From Pseudomonadota bacterium (lineage in GTDB: Bacteria; Myxococcota_A; UBA9160; SZUA-336): DNA of 64,000 bases. The stretch is from assembly GCA_021295775.1 (NCBI GenBank), contig JAGWBS010000010.1:45411-109410 (forward strand). The letters run 5' to 3'. Both the position numbers and the translations under genes were made by a program. Shown here piece by piece: positions 59,872 to 64,000 of this stretch. The notes beneath the pieces were generated by a model that saw nothing but the letters and a program-made list of their open reading frames with translations, made no database searches and was not told the DNA's origin. Numbering within the stretch: position 1 is the first letter of the stretch; every line of letters begins with the position of its first letter.

Positions 59872-60252
59872 TCAGCCGGCGGACGCGGCGTTCATCTGGG
59901 CGAGGTCGAAGTACTCGCGCCAGGCGGCGATCTTTCCGTCCCGCAGCTCCAGAATGGCCATGATCGGCAGCTCGTGCGGGCCGCTCGGGCTCGGCACGAC
60001 GTCGCAGCGCTCCATCAGCACAAGGTCGCCCTCCGACACGATGTGGCGGAAGACGAAGTCGATCGACTCCATCTGCCCACACCAGCCGGCGATGGTCTCG
60101 CGGATGGCGGGCTTGCCCTCGATGCGCTGCAGCGGGATGTTGTGATAGACGGCGTCTTCGCTGAAGAAGTCCACGATCCGGTCGGGATCCAGTTTGGTCC
60201 ACGCCGCGAAGAAGTCGCGGACGATTTGCTCGTTGCGTTCGTTTCGGGCCAT
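59872..60252 (-). CDS. SnoaL/limonene-1,2-epoxide hydrolase-like NTF2-fold protein
   Basis: 126 aa from MARNERNEQIVRDFFAAW (tail of ORF 59872..61674). Size and pattern fit the NTF2-like LEH family. Confidence 0.72.
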   Translation of the reverse strand: MARNERNEQIVRDFFAAWTKLDPDRIVDFFSEDAVYHNIPLQRIEGKPAIRETIAGWCGQMESIDFVFRHIVSEGDLVLMERCDVVPSPSGPHELPIMAILELRDGKIAAWREYFDLAQMNAASAG

Positions 60253-60339
60253 GCCCGCGACTCTGGTCGGGCAGGCTCGGCCTGTCAACAGCACGCGCGC
60301 TATGCTGGCGGGGCGCCCGCGCGGGCGCGGGGAGGGCCG

Positions 60340-61455
60340 ATGGCAGTGAATCCGGGCGAGGCCAGATTGAAGATCGTCTCCGCGGACAGCCACGTGGTGG
60401 AGCCGCGCGATCTGTGGACTTCGCGCATGGCGGGCGGGCCCTTCGCGGACCGCGCGCCCTACGTGGTCGAGCACGCCGAGCACGGCTATGCCTTCGTCAT
60501 CGATGGTCTGGCGCCATTCCCCATCGGCCTGGCGGGGGCGGCGGGCCGCTCGTCGGAGACCCTCAGCACCCGCGGCGAAGCTCGCAGCGGCGGATGGGTG
60601 GTCGAGGACCGGCTCGCGGACATGGACGCCGACGGGATCGCCGCCGAGGTGCTGTATCCGTCGATCGGGATGATCGCCGCCCAGTCGCGCGACCGCGCCT
60701 ACCAGCTGGCCTGCTTTCAGGCCTACAACGACTGGGTCGCCGAGTTCTGCGCCGGCGGCCGGGACCGGCTGGCCGGGCTGGCGCTGATTCCCGCTTTCGA
60801 CGTCGGCGAATCGGTTGCAGAGATCCGGCGCGCTCACGCCGCGGGCCTGTGCGGAGCGCTGGTTCCGGCGGTGCCGGTCGAGGGCCACTACGCCGAGCCG
60901 CGCTTCGACCCGCTCTGGGCGGCCTTCGAGGAGCTGCGCTGGCCCGTGTCCTTCCACGTTTTGACCGGGGGCGGAGGGAGCGACCCGACTCTCGGCTCGG
61001 GGATCCGCCTGATCGGGCTGATGAGCCCGATCCACCACATCCAGGCGACGCTCGCGCTGCTGATCTTCGGCGGCGTCTTCGACCGCCACCCGGGGCTGCG
61101 GGTGGTCTCGGCCGAGCACGATGCCGGCTGGGTGGCGCACTTCGCCTACCGCTACGACCAGATGTTCGAGCGCCACCACAACTGGTTGGGCGCGGGCGTC
61201 CGGATCGACCGGCAGCCGTCCGAGTACCTGCGCTCGCAGGTCTGGTACACCTTCCAGAAGGATCCCGTGGCGGCCGAGACGCGCGAGCGGGTCGGCGTCG
61301 GCCAGTTGATGTGGGCCAGCGACTACCCGCACTCCGACTCGACCTGGCCGCACTCCCGGCAGGTGATCGAGCGCGACTTCAAGGGCGTGCCGCAGGACGA
61401 GCTGGCGATGATCGTGGGGGAGAACGCCCGCGAACTTTACGGGCTGGGGGTCTGA
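60340..61455 (+). CDS. amidohydrolase_2 family protein
   Basis: 371 aa from MAVNPGEARLKIVSADSHVVEP. C-terminal WASDYPHSD. Confidence 0.85.
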   Translation: MAVNPGEARLKIVSADSHVVEPRDLWTSRMAGGPFADRAPYVVEHAEHGYAFVIDGLAPFPIGLAGAAGRSSETLSTRGEARSGGWVVEDRLADMDADGIAAEVLYPSIGMIAAQSRDRAYQLACFQAYNDWVAEFCAGGRDRLAGLALIPAFDVGESVAEIRRAHAAGLCGALVPAVPVEGHYAEPRFDPLWAAFEELRWPVSFHVLTGGGGSDPTLGSGIRLIGLMSPIHHIQATLALLIFGGVFDRHPGLRVVSAEHDAGWVAHFAYRYDQMFERHHNWLGAGVRIDRQPSEYLRSQVWYTFQKDPVAAETRERVGVGQLMWASDYPHSDSTWPHSRQVIERDFKGVPQDELAMIVGENARELYGLGV

Positions 61456-61468
61456 CCCCAACCAGGCC

Positions 61469-62593
61469 GTGGGGATGGAAGAGACGATGTCCGAGCCCGA
61501 ACAGGTCTTCGACGCAGACGCCCATCTGATGGAGCCGCCGGACTTCTGGCGCGAGTACATCGATCCGGAGTTCCGGGAGCGGGCGCCCGTCGGGGACGCC
61601 GATCGAGGGGGCCTGACGGTCGATGGCCGGCTGCGCTTTCCCACGCTGCGCTGGGCGCGCATGGGCCAGCTCAACCAGCGCTGGTCCGAGGTCTACGGCG
61701 AGTTCGACCGCAACGGCTGGGACCCGCCTTCCTATCTGGAGGCGCTGTCGCGTCAGGGCGTGGCGCACATGGCCCTGTATCCCAGCCGGGGGCTGATGCA
61801 GGTCGCCCCTTGGGGGCTGGATCCCCGCCTGGCCGCGGCGGTCACGCGCGCCTACAACCGCTACGTGGCGGACTTCGTGCACGGCACGGACGGACGCCTG
61901 CTCGCGGTCGGCCAACTCGACCTGAGGGACGTCGAAGCCGCGGTCGCCGAGGCGCGGCGAAGCGCCAACGAGCACGGCTTCCGGGCCTTCTTCGTCCTGC
62001 CGGAACCGCCGCTGCCGGGAGTCACCCTGGACAGTCCCTACTACGACCCGCTGTGGAGCGAACTCGAGGATCTCGACGCCGCGCTGGCCATCCACAACGT
62101 GGCGGGCACCGGACTGGGACAGATCGGAGCGGACCGCTTCGGCACCTGGGCGACCCCGCGCGTGGCCTTCGCCTTCCCGCTCGAGGCGCAGGTGACCCTG
62201 TTCTCGTTCCTGTGCGGGGGCATCTGCGAGCGCCACCCGAAGCTGCGCATGGTCGTGCTCGAATCCGGCTCGGGCTGGCTTCCCTACTGGCTCTGGCACC
62301 TCGACGAGCTGCAGGAAGAGTACGGCGAGGTCGACCTGCCGCCGCTGAGCCTGAAGCCGAGCGAATACTTCCGCCGCCAATGCTTCATTTCGGCCGAGGT
62401 GGACGAGCCCATGCTGCCGCAGGTGGTGGAGAGCGTCGGCGCCGAATGCATCGTCACCGCCTCCGACTTCCCCCACCCGGAGGGCACTTTTCCGCACGGC
62501 GTCCGCAAGCTCTGGGAGCGCGAGGACGTGCCCGAACAGGCGCGCCGTCAGATGCTCTGGGACAGCCCGCGCCGCCTGTACGCGCTCGCCTAG
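61469..62593 (+). CDS. amidohydrolase_2 family protein
   Basis: 374 aa with VFDADAHLMEP and TASDFPHPE. The start could be Met 61487. Confidence 0.85.
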   Translation: MGMEETMSEPEQVFDADAHLMEPPDFWREYIDPEFRERAPVGDADRGGLTVDGRLRFPTLRWARMGQLNQRWSEVYGEFDRNGWDPPSYLEALSRQGVAHMALYPSRGLMQVAPWGLDPRLAAAVTRAYNRYVADFVHGTDGRLLAVGQLDLRDVEAAVAEARRSANEHGFRAFFVLPEPPLPGVTLDSPYYDPLWSELEDLDAALAIHNVAGTGLGQIGADRFGTWATPRVAFAFPLEAQVTLFSFLCGGICERHPKLRMVVLESGSGWLPYWLWHLDELQEEYGEVDLPPLSLKPSEYFRRQCFISAEVDEPMLPQVVESVGAECIVTASDFPHPEGTFPHGVRKLWEREDVPEQARRQMLWDSPRRLYALA

Positions 62594-62676
62594 CCGCGAG
62601 CGATCCGCGCCGGGGCTGGCGGGGCGGAGCTTCGGGCCGAACCGCGGGCCGCTCTGCAGAGGATTCCGCTTCGGGC

Positions 62677-63519
62677 CTAGAGCAGGCCTGCGCCCGAGAC
62701 GTCGACGACTTCGCCGGTCACGAACGAGGCTTCGTCGCTGAGCAGGAAGGTCAGCACGGAGGCGGTCTCGGCGGGCGACTGCATGCGCCGCAGCGCCACT
62801 TTCTCGCTGGCCCAGTCGCCCGCCGTCGTCTGGCCGACGATGCTCTGCAGGTAAGGGTTGCCCGATGCCTGGGGGTCGACGCCCAGCGGGCGCACGGCGT
62901 TCACCCGGATGCCGTGCTCGCCGAGTTCCCAGGCGAGTCCGTGGACCAGGCGGTCGACGCCGGCCTTGGCCGCGCAGAAGACGCTGGTGTTGCGGTAGGT
63001 GGGCACGGCGGCCCAGGACGAGAGCAGGGCGATGCTGCCCCCGCGCCCCGCCCGGACCATCTCTCGGGCGCAGGCCCGCGCCACCAGCCAGGCGCCCTTG
63101 AAGTTGAGCTCCACGCAGCGGTCGAACGATTCCTCGGCCAGCTCCATCAGCTCGCCACTGCCCAGCCCGGGTCCCAGCCCGCCCGAGACGCTGCAGCACA
63201 GATCGAGCCGTCCGAACTCCTCGAGCGTGGCGGCGACGGCGTTCTCGACCTGGTCGGACCGGGAAACGTCGGCCTGGAGGGGAATGGCGCGGCCGCCCTC
63301 CGCGCGGATCTCCTCGACCACCGCCTCGAGCGCTTCGCGGGTCGCGCAGGCCGAGTCGGGCAGTCCCCCCACCGGCCCGTCGGGCGTCGGAGCCTCTACG
63401 CGCTCCACGCACGCCACGGCCGCTCCGGCCCGCGCCAGCCGCAGGGCCGTCGCCCGTCCCAGCCCGGGAGGGCAGGCCGCTCCCGCGACCAGCGCCACCT
63501 TGCCCTCGATTCCGCGCAA
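62677..63519 (-). CDS. SDR family oxidoreductase (divergent, FabI-like glycine motif)
   Basis: 280 aa. KVALVAGAACPPGLGRATA nucleotide-binding region. The active-site region reads TYRNTSVFCAAK. Confidence 0.8.
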   Translation of the reverse strand: MRGIEGKVALVAGAACPPGLGRATALRLARAGAAVACVERVEAPTPDGPVGGLPDSACATREALEAVVEEIRAEGGRAIPLQADVSRSDQVENAVAATLEEFGRLDLCCSVSGGLGPGLGSGELMELAEESFDRCVELNFKGAWLVARACAREMVRAGRGGSIALLSSWAAVPTYRNTSVFCAAKAGVDRLVHGLAWELGEHGIRVNAVRPLGVDPQASGNPYLQSIVGQTTAGDWASEKVALRRMQSPAETASVLTFLLSDEASFVTGEVVDVSGAGLL

Positions 63520-63589
63520 GCGCGCCTCCGAACGATCGGCTCGCGAACTATACTAGCCAGCCCGACGCGCAGGGAGCGACCCGAAGCCG

Positions 63590-64000
63590 ATGGGTGACCG
63601 ACTCGAGCACGGCTACGACATCATCGACTGCCACCACCACCACGGCAACGTGCAGGACTCCATGGGAGCGATGCCGACGGCACTCGTCCCCGAGTCGCTG
63701 AAACCGGAAGACTACGACCGGTTCGAGCTCGAGACCCGGTTGGCGGGGATGGACGCCCAAGGGGTGCGCCAGGCAGTGGTGATCGGCGGGCATTCGTATC
63801 TGCGTCCGAACGGATTGGCGGATACGCGGCGCGTCAACGACGGGGTGGCCGCCTATCGCGACCGCCTGCCCGGGCGATTCCCGGCCGCGGTCGGGATCAT
63901 CGAGCCACTCTACGGCGAGGCGGGCCTGCCGGAGATCGAGCGCGTTCGACACGAGCTGGGACTGGTGGGCATCTCTTTCCACGTGCGTTTCCAGGGCGTG
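63590..64000 (+). CDS. amidohydrolase_2 family protein, 3' end outside window
   Basis: Not in the ORF track because it has no stop. The ATG at 63590 opens a frame running to base 64000: MGDRLEHGYDIIDCHHHHGN...GISFHVRFQGV, including an HxH metal motif. Confidence 0.7.
   Translation, partial: MGDRLEHGYDIIDCHHHHGNVQDSMGAMPTALVPESLKPEDYDRFELETRLAGMDAQGVRQAVVIGGHSYLRPNGLADTRRVNDGVAAYRDRLPGRFPAAVGIIEPLYGEAGLPEIERVRHELGLVGISFHVRFQGV

Overview
The window is very GC-rich (roughly 68-70% by eye) and densely coding. I call about 58 protein-coding loci. I found no rRNA, tRNA, CRISPR array, transposase, integrase or other mobile element. kdsA and kdsC indicate a diderm (LPS-making) bacterium. The gene content suggests an uncultivated high-GC lineage, but I cannot place it taxonomically without a search.

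Housekeeping blocks:
- ispD-ispF-cysS-uvrB-uvrC
- comEC-prmA
- kdsC-kdsA
- xthA / msrA
- gpmI
- an NADH-dehydrogenase-like::SelD fusion

Accessory catabolic blocks sit between these. They hold eight amidohydrolase_2 paralogues, four VOC/glyoxalase proteins, SnoaL/NTF2 proteins, a thiolase plus DUF35 pair, a TPP enzyme, an acyl-CoA synthetase, an LLM oxidoreductase and three MFS transporters.

Most notable observations:
1. A P-loop-kinase::dCMP-deaminase fusion has the same two-domain layout as AvcD-type anti-phage deaminases. The window's only long A/T homopolymer (T8) sits exactly at its domain junction, and a -1 shift there reads UGA at once.
2. A tightly packed operon encodes a tandem EthD protein, a lipoprotein Peripla_BP_6 binding protein, a transmitter-less sensor+HAMP membrane protein and an OFA-type MFS transporter. 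It may be an unrecognised binding-protein-dependent module.
3. An orphan partner-switching module (REC-PP2C, RsbW-like, STAS) has a binding-protein/histidine-kinase pair embedded in it and no sigma factor in cis.
4. A circularly permuted ATP-grasp plus alpha-E pair lacks the usual transglutaminase partner.
5. Four frame-disrupted or truncated genes lie between 23.3 and 37.1 kb. One break falls inside a C17 tract in the TPP enzyme. Another gene is an NCS2 permease carrying two in-frame stops and one frameshift, with a degenerate RsbW-like C-terminal domain.

All functional calls rest on motif and architecture recognition by eye. Gene starts are approximate where I say so. Many long alternative-frame ORFs in the track are GC-rich shadow ORFs.
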